Shown: positions 18,401 through 26,284 of the stretch, piece after piece
Layout: each line of letters begins with the position of its first letter
How positions within the stretch are numbered: position 1 is the first letter of the stretch
Source: Nitrospina sp.
Lineage (GTDB): Bacteria > Nitrospinota > Nitrospinia > Nitrospinales > Nitrospinaceae
Direction: 5' to 3'
DNA: 64,000 nucleotides
Assembly: GCA_020430445.1 (NCBI GenBank)
Contig: JAGQJZ010000002.1
Coordinates: 5,425 to 69,424 of the forward strand
Translations under genes and position numbers: made by a program
Notes under the pieces: model-generated
Seen by the model: only the letters and a program-made list of their open reading frames with translations
Told to the model about the DNA's origin: nothing
The model's database searches: none

Positions 18401-19536
18401 ATGGCGTCGGCCAGTTGCTCGATCTCCTTCATCCCTTTCAATTCGACCCGGAAATCAAAATCGCCTTCCGAAACGGCGTTGGCCGTTTCAATGGTTTTGG
18501 AGATGGCCTGCTGAATCGAACGGGTGATGGCGATGGCGACGACAAACCCCAGAATCATGCCAAACGCGAGCAACCCCCATTCCAGCCTGACCAGACTTTT
18601 GACCTGTTGAATAACCCCCAGAAAACTGGACTCGGTCGCTTTTTCATTCTTTTCGGAAAGCTTTCGGGCAAGCTGTGTCAGGCTGTCGGACAACGGCGCG
18701 GCCCTGGTTTTCAGCCAGTGATTGGCCAGGTTCCAGACTTCCCCCCGGCGGATTTGAAACATCTTTTCGACCAGAGGAAAAAACTCCGCCCGCGTCTTTT
18801 CGATTTCCGCAAACGCCTCCTGTTGCTCCGGAGTCATGAGGCGCGTTTTCGTTTTCAGGGTTTCATAAGCCGATGAATTCTTGGCCCAGAAAAGGTCGAA
18901 GTTGTTGCGGAATGTTTCCTCTCCGTTCATCAGGTACGCCCGCAAACTGGCCAGGCTCATGCCCAGTCCCCCGCGGAAATTAGCCAGCTGGACCAGCAAC
19001 TCTTTCCGCTCCGCCGTGGCTTTCAGGCTCGTTTCAATGTCGATCATCTGAGAAATCCTGTCATTCAGTTTTCCCGTACGGGGGATCGCTTCCTTGAACA
19101 GGATTTTCTTGGCGGGCTCGTTCTCCAGAGTGTGCGCCATGTTTTCGATCTCATCCTGGACCTTTCTCAATTCAACCAACTGGCTCCGAATGTTGTCCAG
19201 GGCGGCCCCCATCGACGGGTCCAGCCAGTTGCGGGACAAGGCCCCCAGGTTTTTCATGCTGGATGCAATATCAACATTCCAGATTTTTTCCCGGAGGGGT
19301 TTCAGATTTTCCTCGCCCAGCAACAGGTAGCCCCGGAGAATGGCCAGGGACGCGTTCACGCCGTTCAACAACCGGCCCGATTCCACCACCGAAGGAAAAC
19401 GGACTTCCACGTTTTTCTTGTTGGTTTCCTGGATCGAATTGACCTCGAAGATGGCCATCAGAACCGTCAACAGCAAGGTCAAAACCAGGAGGGCATACCC
19501 CAGGCCGATGCGTTTTGGAATGGAATTGAGCAACAT
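15487..19536 (-). CDS. large hybrid histidine kinase (duplicated helical sensor, HAMP, GAF, EEL-heptad coiled coil, HisKA, HATPase, three REC domains)
   Basis: TM1 (IGLGYALLVLTLLLTVLMAIF), periplasmic helical region, TM2, HAMP, GAF (GEGLVGQCALEQK), coiled coil, H-box SHELRTPLNSLL (His codon 17518-17520), DTGVGI/GTGLGL, then three receiver domains. ATG at 19534-19536; the track start at 19620 is a TTG with no usable RBS spacing. Confidence 0.9.
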   Translation of the reverse strand: MLLNSIPKRIGLGYALLVLTLLLTVLMAIFEVNSIQETNKKNVEVRFPSVVESGRLLNGVNASLAILRGYLLLGEENLKPLREKIWNVDIASSMKNLGALSRNWLDPSMGAALDNIRSQLVELRKVQDEIENMAHTLENEPAKKILFKEAIPRTGKLNDRISQMIDIETSLKATAERKELLVQLANFRGGLGMSLASLRAYLMNGEETFRNNFDLFWAKNSSAYETLKTKTRLMTPEQQEAFAEIEKTRAEFFPLVEKMFQIRRGEVWNLANHWLKTRAAPLSDSLTQLARKLSEKNEKATESSFLGVIQQVKSLVRLEWGLLAFGMILGFVVAIAITRSIQQAISKTIETANAVSEGDFDFRVELKGMKEIEQLADAMRKMQSNLKSLTEGLKEETRKISESNWVKSNLSAITGKLQGLNSLEAFARTLIQDVTPKLGGQLGLFYGASNNGNQSLSLLGSYAHTRRKHLSDTYNVGEGLVGQCALEQKSIEITSVPEDYVQVRSGLGEASPRNILVTPMIFENQVKGVIEIGSFEPFSAQCRNLMEEISTTLGVVVESIEGRIKTETLLKEAQELNQQIQVQSEELRVTNEELEEKAEILKQNEEELKNQSEELQAQNEELEEKTSFLEEKNREVQEKGKQIEVFNRMLEDKARDLETASKYKSEFLANMSHELRTPLNSLLILSKDLLDNDNENLNRDQVESLKVIHQGGRDLLELINDILDLSKIEAGKMQVSVYEENVEDLLREIRGLFEPVAREKGVQFNIDLNGGHPRSLKTDCQRVKQILKNLLSNAFKFTEKGSVTLRVSDPASLSIIQKPDLRAPGNIVFSVEDTGVGISRENQSGIFEAFKQEDGSTSRKYGGTGLGLTISRQLAVLIGGDLNFESEKGKGSHFALCIPSVYQETSEEPQAVTAVSGPDVEAQTAAVGDMAESFEGKLDNNFLEEFIPDDRNEIKPGDRTILVIEDDKTFAGVLTKITRKRRFKALAAGTGKGGLQLALAYKPDAILLDLGLPDLDGANVLEQLKYNPSTRHIPVHVISGRDEKVDLLEKGAMGFLLKPTTEEALKETLSEIEALVNAKVKQVLIIEDDPGNQRAIERLIDSECVETRSVSTGEQAMQALKNSRFDCVILDLRLPDITGFELLQELEKVEGLVLPPIIIYTGKELSQGENQELQKYSRSIVLKGANSPERLLDEVTLFLHSVETKMTGEQKEIRNRQTNEQNPLRDRNILIVDDDLRNTFALSKILKKNGLKVVIADNGQMALEKLEEQPDIDLVLMDIMMPVMDGFEAIEKIREQGRFQELPIIALTAKAMPEDRAKCLEKGANDYLPKPVEVDMLLTLMRVLLLEEK

Positions 19537-19846
19537 GGTCCCGCCCCTTTTACTTTTATTGAAAAGCCGAATATATGGCCAAAAAAATTCCTCCAAGCTC
19601 TTGAAGTTAAGGGAAGCCAACGCCTTAAAAATGTCAATCTAATTTTAAAAACAACCGGCGATTGCATCACCGCATGGCAGGAAAACCCGGTTCAACGGAA
19701 AGCCACACACCGTATGCCCCCTATTTACAAACAAAAAGCCGGAACGGCTGTCTCAGATGGCGGGATAAAAAGTGCAGGGACACATGAATGCCGACCCTAC
19801 CAGCAAGCATGTATTGAAACCATTCTCCAGTGGCCGCGCACGGCAC

Positions 19847-19876
19847 AAAAAAAGCCGTCCCGAAAACGGGACGGCT
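19847..19876 (-). terminator. rho-independent terminator after the CHASE2 cyclase gene
   Basis: Minus strand reads AGCCGTCCCG-uuuu-CGGGACGGCU followed by UUUUUUU. 10-bp stem, 64 nt after the cyclase stop. Confidence 0.7.
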
Positions 19877-19939
19877 TTGATATGGATTGCCGGTCACCAC
19901 TCGCCGGAAACCGGGCGGACGCCCGGCCGGCGCATGCCG

Positions 19940-22210
19940 CTACTTGGTGGACATCATGAACACGCCGTCCCAGTCGTCGGGAATGAGGCTGCCCTGGTCG
20001 CTGGCGCGGCGCTTTCTCTTTTCGATATTCTGGAAATCCTGGCACCGCTTGATAAACGTCTTCGACGGACCGTCTTCCTGTTTGATCTCGATGCACCGTT
20101 CAAACAGGGCGATCGCCTCCTCCCATTTTTTTTGCCGGTACAGTTCAAGCCCCTCGGCGAATTTCAAATGCGCCTCCCTCAATACCGGGGAGAGTTCCCC
20201 CGTTTCACAGATCACCTCATAGACCGCCACCGGCTGGTCCTTCCCCACCACCCGGATACGGTCCAGTTCCCGGCATTCCAGGGAGTCCTGAACAAACTTG
20301 TAGGTGAACTCGCTGATCAGGATATCGGAGCCGTACACCTTGTTCGCGCCTTCCAGCCGGGAAGCCAGGTTGACGCTGTCTCCCATGACGGTGTAGTCCA
20401 TCCGGTTGGCGCTTCCCATGTTGCCCACCACCATGGGTCCCGTGTTCAACCCGACCCGCATGTACAATTCCGAACGGCCCTCGCGCCTCCAGACCTCGCG
20501 CATTTCAGCCAGGCGCTGCTGCATGGCCAGCGCCGACCGGCAGGCGCGGATGGCGTGGTCTTCATATTGAATAGGCGCGCCGAAAAACGCGACGATGGAA
20601 TCGCCCTGAAATTTGTCGACCGTTCCCTCATTGTCCAGGATGATGTTGGTCATTTCGGTCAAGTATTCGTTGAGCAGTTCCACCAGTTGTTTCGGCGTCA
20701 GGTTTTCCGCGATCGAGGAAAACCCCACCACGTCGGCGAAAAACGCCGTGAGGATCCGGCGGTCGCCCCCCAGTTTGAGAAGCTTGGGATTTTCCACCAC
20801 CTGCCGGACCACCTCCGGCGCCAGGTACTGGCTGAAAGCCCCCTGGATGAAGCGCTTCTTGCGCTCTTCAAAAGCGAAGCGGTAAATCGTCACTCCCGTG
20901 TAAACGAAAAGCTGGGAAAACACCGGGTACACCGTGTGCACCACCAGGCCCTTTTCATTCAACAGGTAATAATCGAAAGCCAGAAAAGCCACGATGCCCA
21001 TCAACGCCAGCGCGCCGGAAGCCACGGCGCGAAAATACAGGGAGATGATTCCGAGAAAAATTCCGGACAGCAGGATAATGGAAATGTCCAGCACTTCGAT
21101 CCAGGCCGGGCGCTTGATGAAGTCCTGCTGCAGGACGTTTTCGATGACCGTGGCATGCGCTTCCACACCGGGATAGAGCGGACCGAACGGAGTGGTTTTC
21201 GTGTCGTAGGTGGCCGCCGCCGTCGCCCCCAGCAAAACGATTTTGCCTTTCAGGTCCTCTTCCGTCACGCGCCCGGCGAGAACGTCGGTGGCGGGAATGT
21301 GGGGGAAGGTGTAGGCCGGGCCATAGTAATTGATGAAATATTCCCCCCTCGTGGTGGCGGGAATTTCCACCTTGTTGAACATGATCTTGCTCACGCCGTA
21401 GGAGGCCAGTGTCACCATCAGGGGAGATTTCACGGCCTCCTGCAGCACCTGCAGGCTGAGAGGGGGAAACAGGTGATCGTGCCCGTAGCCCATGACCAGG
21501 GGAATGCGCCGCACCACGCCGTCGCGTTCCGGCACGTAGTACACGAACCCGGCATTGTTCGCCGCTTCCATGAACTCCGGCAGGCTGAGCCCCACCCGGT
21601 CGATCTCATGCAGACGGATCGGATCGCCCGGCTTGTCGTTGCGGTGCACCAGGCCATACTGCGAAAAGTCCAGCAGTTCGAGGTGCTGCGGGTCGACAGG
21701 CTGCGCGTTGGCCACGCCGCGGCTGCCGGCCGGAAAAACCGTGTACCCTAAAACAACCCGGTCGGATTGAGCCAGGGAGCGGGCAAACAACCGGTCGGAG
21801 TCGCCCACCTGACGCAGCCAGCCCGCCGTTTTGCGGCTGTCCCAGCCGAGGATTTCCTGCTCGTCCAAAGCCGAGTCGAGGGTCTCGAAGGGAACGTAGT
21901 TGTCCCGCTCCGGAAAAAAAATATCGATACCAATGACCGCCGCGCCGGCTTCTGAAAGCCGGTCGATCAGGTGCGCCAGCCGTGAACGCGGCCAGGGCCA
22001 GCGCCCTTCCTGCTGGAGGCTTTTTTCGTCGATAGCGACGATGACGACGTTTTCGCTCACCGGACGGACGCCCCGCGCGGTCAACTTGACGTCGTACGCC
22101 TTGAGATCGAGGAGTTGGAAAAAGGGGAGGTCGAACGAGTAGAGGGAAATCGAAACCAGGGTGAGCAGAAACGCGATAGTGAAATTGTTGACCAGGAAAC
22201 GTTTCACCAC
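19940..22210 (-). CDS. CHASE2 sensor / class III adenylate cyclase with C-terminal TPR-like tail
   Basis: 756 aa. CHASE2 hallmark VVIVAIDEKSLQQEGRWPWPRSRLAHLI...GIDIFF, then TM segments. Cyclase core FFADVVGFS, DKFQGDSIVAFFG and GDSVNLASRLEG carries Lys/Thr substrate residues (adenylate type). GTG start. Confidence 0.9.
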   Translation of the reverse strand: MVKRFLVNNFTIAFLLTLVSISLYSFDLPFFQLLDLKAYDVKLTARGVRPVSENVVIVAIDEKSLQQEGRWPWPRSRLAHLIDRLSEAGAAVIGIDIFFPERDNYVPFETLDSALDEQEILGWDSRKTAGWLRQVGDSDRLFARSLAQSDRVVLGYTVFPAGSRGVANAQPVDPQHLELLDFSQYGLVHRNDKPGDPIRLHEIDRVGLSLPEFMEAANNAGFVYYVPERDGVVRRIPLVMGYGHDHLFPPLSLQVLQEAVKSPLMVTLASYGVSKIMFNKVEIPATTRGEYFINYYGPAYTFPHIPATDVLAGRVTEEDLKGKIVLLGATAAATYDTKTTPFGPLYPGVEAHATVIENVLQQDFIKRPAWIEVLDISIILLSGIFLGIISLYFRAVASGALALMGIVAFLAFDYYLLNEKGLVVHTVYPVFSQLFVYTGVTIYRFAFEERKKRFIQGAFSQYLAPEVVRQVVENPKLLKLGGDRRILTAFFADVVGFSSIAENLTPKQLVELLNEYLTEMTNIILDNEGTVDKFQGDSIVAFFGAPIQYEDHAIRACRSALAMQQRLAEMREVWRREGRSELYMRVGLNTGPMVVGNMGSANRMDYTVMGDSVNLASRLEGANKVYGSDILISEFTYKFVQDSLECRELDRIRVVGKDQPVAVYEVICETGELSPVLREAHLKFAEGLELYRQKKWEEAIALFERCIEIKQEDGPSKTFIKRCQDFQNIEKRKRRASDQGSLIPDDWDGVFMMSTK

Positions 22211-22230
22211 TCACACCCAGCAGGGAGCTT

Positions 22231-22262
22231 AAAAAAACGCCGACGGCTTGCGGGAGGCGGCG
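22231..22262 (-). terminator. weak hairpin plus U7 run between TpsA and the cyclase gene (possible attenuator)
   Basis: Minus strand reads CGCCG-N15-CGGCG followed by UUUUUUU, ending about 20 nt before the cyclase GTG. The stem is only 5 bp. Confidence 0.3.
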
Positions 22263-22395
22263 GCAGTGTCCGCCCACCCGGGTTTTCCCATCAGCCATCC
22301 CGGGCCGGAGATTCCGTTCCCTGCCGACAATGGCAAAGCGGATGAGGGGCTCAGCCGCCCGCCATGGAGGTCAACCACCCGAACTCAACCCCGTG

Positions 22396-25359
22396 TTAGC
22401 AGTTGGTTTTGGAATCCGCGATAAACAGGCTGATGAACGTGCTCTGCGTGCCCTCTTTCACAAGCTCCGTGAACTGGCTTCCGCCCTCCGGTGCCGTCAC
22501 ATTCGGAACATTCAGCGCAACCACACAGGTGGACGACCCGTCACAAGTCGGCGGATTTTGCGCCGGGGGTTCCGCCGGAGCGTTCAAGTCCTGCAGGGTC
22601 CCGTTGAGAATGATTTCCGGCGCCAGGATAATACTCGTTCCACCGTAAGCGAGGGTGGACCCGGCCGTCAATTCAAACCTGCCGATCCCGTCAAGCGTGA
22701 AGGGAAACGCCTGCCCGCCAATGAGGAACTGCTGTTCGACGCTTGCCAGGAAATTCCCCAGAGTGACGATGTTTCCGTCCACCAGGACCAGGTCGCCCGC
22801 ATTCAGAGTCAGGTTGTTGAAATTGGAATTCCCGACGAAAGTGACCTGGCCGGTGTAATTTCCCGGCGCGGTCGCCTGAATGCTGACTTCGGAAATGTGG
22901 GACGCCTCCATGCTGTCGACGGTGACCTCGGAGGTGTCGAGCACTGAATCACCGATCAGCAGTTCGTCGGCGGTGATGTTGGCGATTTCGTCATTGTCCA
23001 GCGTCAGTCCGCCGGTGGCTTCACCGAGACCGATCGTGCCATAGGATGTCGTGGTGTTGACATGCACCGCGCTGGCCACCACGCTGCCGTCCAAGTGGAC
23101 ATCATTCGCGCTCAGGAACACATCATTCAAGGCGGTGATGCTTTTGCCCCCGGCCAGTTGGAACGCGCCCAACGGCGAAAAAGAGTAAAAACTGTCCGCG
23201 GCGTTGATGTTTGCGTTGACCCAGACATTGCCTGCCGGCGAGAGGTTGATATTGTTCCCGCTGATCTCGGCATCGACCACCACGTCGCCGAGAGGCAGCG
23301 CGTTCACCGTCGAGCTGAATTCCGAGGAGTCGCCGGTAAAATGCACATCGCCGGCGGAACGGAAATCCGTGGACGCCTGGTTGGCCGTGTGAGCCGCCGT
23401 GAGACCGGACACGAACACGTCGTCATTCGATCCGTTGCCGACCACGAAGGACAGGCCTCCAGGCGCGTGGATGTTTTGCAACTCGGTGCCGCTCAGGGTC
23501 AGGCCGCAAGCGCCGCCGCAGATATTGGAAACATCTCCCGTACCCACGGCTCCGTCCACGCCAATGGTGCCGTTGTCCCGCGGCGTGACATAGACCCTGT
23601 AACTGGAATACAGCTCGCCCTGGATGTTCACGTCATCGGCGGCGATCCCCAGGTCCCCGTCTCCCACGTCCACCGTCACGCCGGAAGCGACGTTCACCTT
23701 GCCCCGGCCATTGGTGTCGGAATCCGCCGTCATGCTCAGATTGAGCCGGTCACCATCCCCCTGCGATCCATCGAAAATATTGGCGTTGATGTTAATGTCG
23801 TTGTGAGCGAACAGGTTCAACGTGGCTTCTTCCGATCCATCGAAATTCAGATCGGAGCTCACGGTAATATTGCCCGGCTGGGCAAATGCGTCCAGGGGTG
23901 GAGTGGCGGAAGGGCTCGCGTCGAGATCTTCTTCACCCGTCGTGATCGTCACCGTGCCGCCTTCCGCCAGGGCGGCGGTGATCAGGTCCGCTCCCAGCGT
24001 GGCGCTCGTACCGTCTGACGTGAAATCGGGTCCACCGACAATATTGCTGGAACCACCGCCGGCGACGATTTCAATGTTGTAAGGATCGATCAGCCAGGTT
24101 CCGCTTTGACCGTTTGACGCGGTGACGTCCGGCGTCCGGCCGATATCAAAATAATGTTTGCCCGAGGTTTCGATGAACCCGCCGTTGCCTCCCAGCGGGC
24201 CTCCGCGCGCGCTCAGGAGCCCATAGACGCGCGCCGCCCTCTGGGCGAAGGCGATCACGCGTCCGCCGTCGCCGGATTCCGTCGCGTCCGCCCGAACGGT
24301 GGTGTTCGGGCCGATGTAAGTGGCCTGCGCGTTCTGGACTGCCGGGTTTCCTCCCTGCCGGTCGCCGCCGATCAGCACATCGCCGCCACCGGCGGCGCCC
24401 GATGCGTTGACAACCGCCTCTTCGATGACGCCCACGTTTTCACCGAGAATATGAACCGTGCCCCCGGTCTCTCCGGAGTCGTTGCCGCTCACGTCGATGA
24501 TCCCCGAGTTCAGGACCGTACCGGTGGGGCCGCCGTGCAGAATCACCACGCCGTTTTTCTTTTCAACCGAACGCGCCTGGATGACGCCCTCGTTATTGAC
24601 CACGTTCTGGACCACCTGGCTCGCATCCCACGCAGTCAACATGACCTGCCCCCCGTCCGCATTGATGAGTCCCGCATTGCGGGTGCGGTGGGTCAAAACA
24701 TTGCCGTTGGTGTCCCGGACTTCCCCGGAAACCGGCTGGGTGATGGCGAAACGGATGAGGTTGTCGCCGGTGAAATCCAGCGTGCCGGCTTCACCGGAAG
24801 CGAGCGCCACCGAACCGAGGTTGGCCACGATCACGCCGCGGTTTTCGACCGCCGGAGCGAACAGACCGACATACCGCCCGGTGATGCGGCCTTCGTTGAT
24901 GACGGAGGCCAGGGACCGCGTCGGGTCCTGGAAAAAACGGTAGTTGCCATCCAGAAAATCCTGATCGGAAATGGACAGCGTCGTCGCCACCAGGGCGTTG
25001 GCGTTCACTTGCGCCCCCGGGCCGAACAGGACGCCCGCCGGGTTGCTCAGGAACACCTGGCCGTTGGCCGAAAGCCGTCCCATGATCAGGCTGGGGTCCA
25101 CCCCGATGACACGGTTGAGCGCCGTGGCCTGGGCGTTGGGCTGCTGAAACGTGACCGACTCCGCCGCGCCGATGGAAAACGACTGCCAGTTGGTGATCAG
25201 TTGCTGTGTATTCTGCTGAATGGTCATGCTGCCGCCGGACGACTGGATCGACCCGCTGCCGGCGGCAATCTGACCGCCATTGGGCAAAGCCCAGACCCAC
25301 AGGGGCGACACGGTGAACCACAACGTCCACAGCACCATCAACACACTTTTAGTTTTCAT
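22396..25359 (-). CDS. two-partner-secretion exoprotein (TpsA) with filamentous-haemagglutinin N-terminal TPS domain
   Basis: 987 aa. Signal peptide, then the TPS domain (ITNWQSFSIGAAESVTF, ALNRVIG, ANGQVFLSNPAGVLFG). The rest is Gly/Asn/Asp/Val/Thr-rich (beta-helix type composition). Confidence 0.9.
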   Translation of the reverse strand: MKTKSVLMVLWTLWFTVSPLWVWALPNGGQIAAGSGSIQSSGGSMTIQQNTQQLITNWQSFSIGAAESVTFQQPNAQATALNRVIGVDPSLIMGRLSANGQVFLSNPAGVLFGPGAQVNANALVATTLSISDQDFLDGNYRFFQDPTRSLASVINEGRITGRYVGLFAPAVENRGVIVANLGSVALASGEAGTLDFTGDNLIRFAITQPVSGEVRDTNGNVLTHRTRNAGLINADGGQVMLTAWDASQVVQNVVNNEGVIQARSVEKKNGVVILHGGPTGTVLNSGIIDVSGNDSGETGGTVHILGENVGVIEEAVVNASGAAGGGDVLIGGDRQGGNPAVQNAQATYIGPNTTVRADATESGDGGRVIAFAQRAARVYGLLSARGGPLGGNGGFIETSGKHYFDIGRTPDVTASNGQSGTWLIDPYNIEIVAGGGSSNIVGGPDFTSDGTSATLGADLITAALAEGGTVTITTGEEDLDASPSATPPLDAFAQPGNITVSSDLNFDGSEEATLNLFAHNDININANIFDGSQGDGDRLNLSMTADSDTNGRGKVNVASGVTVDVGDGDLGIAADDVNIQGELYSSYRVYVTPRDNGTIGVDGAVGTGDVSNICGGACGLTLSGTELQNIHAPGGLSFVVGNGSNDDVFVSGLTAAHTANQASTDFRSAGDVHFTGDSSEFSSTVNALPLGDVVVDAEISGNNINLSPAGNVWVNANINAADSFYSFSPLGAFQLAGGKSITALNDVFLSANDVHLDGSVVASAVHVNTTTSYGTIGLGEATGGLTLDNDEIANITADELLIGDSVLDTSEVTVDSMEASHISEVSIQATAPGNYTGQVTFVGNSNFNNLTLNAGDLVLVDGNIVTLGNFLASVEQQFLIGGQAFPFTLDGIGRFELTAGSTLAYGGTSIILAPEIILNGTLQDLNAPAEPPAQNPPTCDGSSTCVVALNVPNVTAPEGGSQFTELVKEGTQSTFISLFIADSKTNC

Positions 25360-25409
25360 GGCCTCTTCTCTGTATTCCCCTCAATAGTTCCCCGTCACTG
25401 CTCCGGACG

Positions 25410-26279
25410 CTAGTTAACCTGGCAGGATTCCGCGTCCGAGTCATCAAAAAATTCGTAGGATTCGGTAAAATCCTCCGCTTCGTAATCTCCCTGTTGCAAT
25501 TCGACCACCACGTTGCCGGTTGTGGCTTCTCCGGACAACGGCGACTGCGGCAGACCGTTGACGATCCGCTCGATCAGCGCGCGTTCCCCCGGCGCCAGCG
25601 GCGCGGGCGTGGTGGGCGGCTTGCCCTCCTCGATAACACTTTTCATCATGGCGCCGACATTGACATTCCCCGGCACCTCCGGATTGCTGTTCGACGCGTC
25701 CACCGATCCGGCCTGGTTGGCCACCAGGGTGCGGAAATGCGTGGCGCTGAAAAATCCCTTGGTGCCGCGGGCGGAAAGCACCGCCGTCGGCGTTTTCATT
25801 TCAAACCGGGACTCCGGATGGGTCGACTGCTTGTTGACGATGTACATGGACAACCCATGCGCGATGTTGACCACGCTCTGCCGCAGCTTGCTGTCCGGTT
25901 CGAACAGGAACTGTTCCATGGTGACCTCGGTTTTCGGTCCCAGGGCGAACAGGCTTTTGTCCTTGAACAAAATCTTCAGCCGGCTTTTCTTGGAAGTCCT
26001 GAAACGGTCGTTCACGCGCACCGTCTGCTTGGGCTGCGCCTTCTGCCAGGGGCCGAACGAGACGGTTTTCACCTGTCCCTCTTTCCCCGCCGCAGGGCCG
26101 GGCTCGACGGCCTGGTATTCCACCGTTCCACGAATGGAAATGATGCGGCCCAGTTCCGCGTCTTCCGCCACCGCCACCGTGCTGGACAACAGCAAACCCA
26201 GGCAGGCGAGAACAAATGCCGCCCCGGTTTTTTGATGCTCCTGATTCCTGTCTTGATTCTGATCCTTCATCGCATTCAC
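25410..26279 (-). CDS. FecR-domain periplasmic protein
   Basis: Signal peptide, then a FecR-like core (WQKAQPKQTVRVNDRFRTSKKSRLKILFKDKSLFALGPKTEVTM). The start may be the GTG at 26279 or the ATG at 26270. Confidence 0.8.
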   Translation of the reverse strand: MNAMKDQNQDRNQEHQKTGAAFVLACLGLLLSSTVAVAEDAELGRIISIRGTVEYQAVEPGPAAGKEGQVKTVSFGPWQKAQPKQTVRVNDRFRTSKKSRLKILFKDKSLFALGPKTEVTMEQFLFEPDSKLRQSVVNIAHGLSMYIVNKQSTHPESRFEMKTPTAVLSARGTKGFFSATHFRTLVANQAGSVDASNSNPEVPGNVNVGAMMKSVIEEGKPPTTPAPLAPGERALIERIVNGLPQSPLSGEATTGNVVVELQQGDYEAEDFTESYEFFDDSDAESCQVN

Positions 26280-26284
26280 CCTGG

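Noticed and set aside
22396-25359. TpsA as a contact-dependent inhibition (CdiA-type) toxin.
   Set aside because: - There is no VENN/pretoxin boundary.
- There is no recognisable toxin domain.
- No small immunity ORF follows. The next gene is the CHASE2 cyclase.
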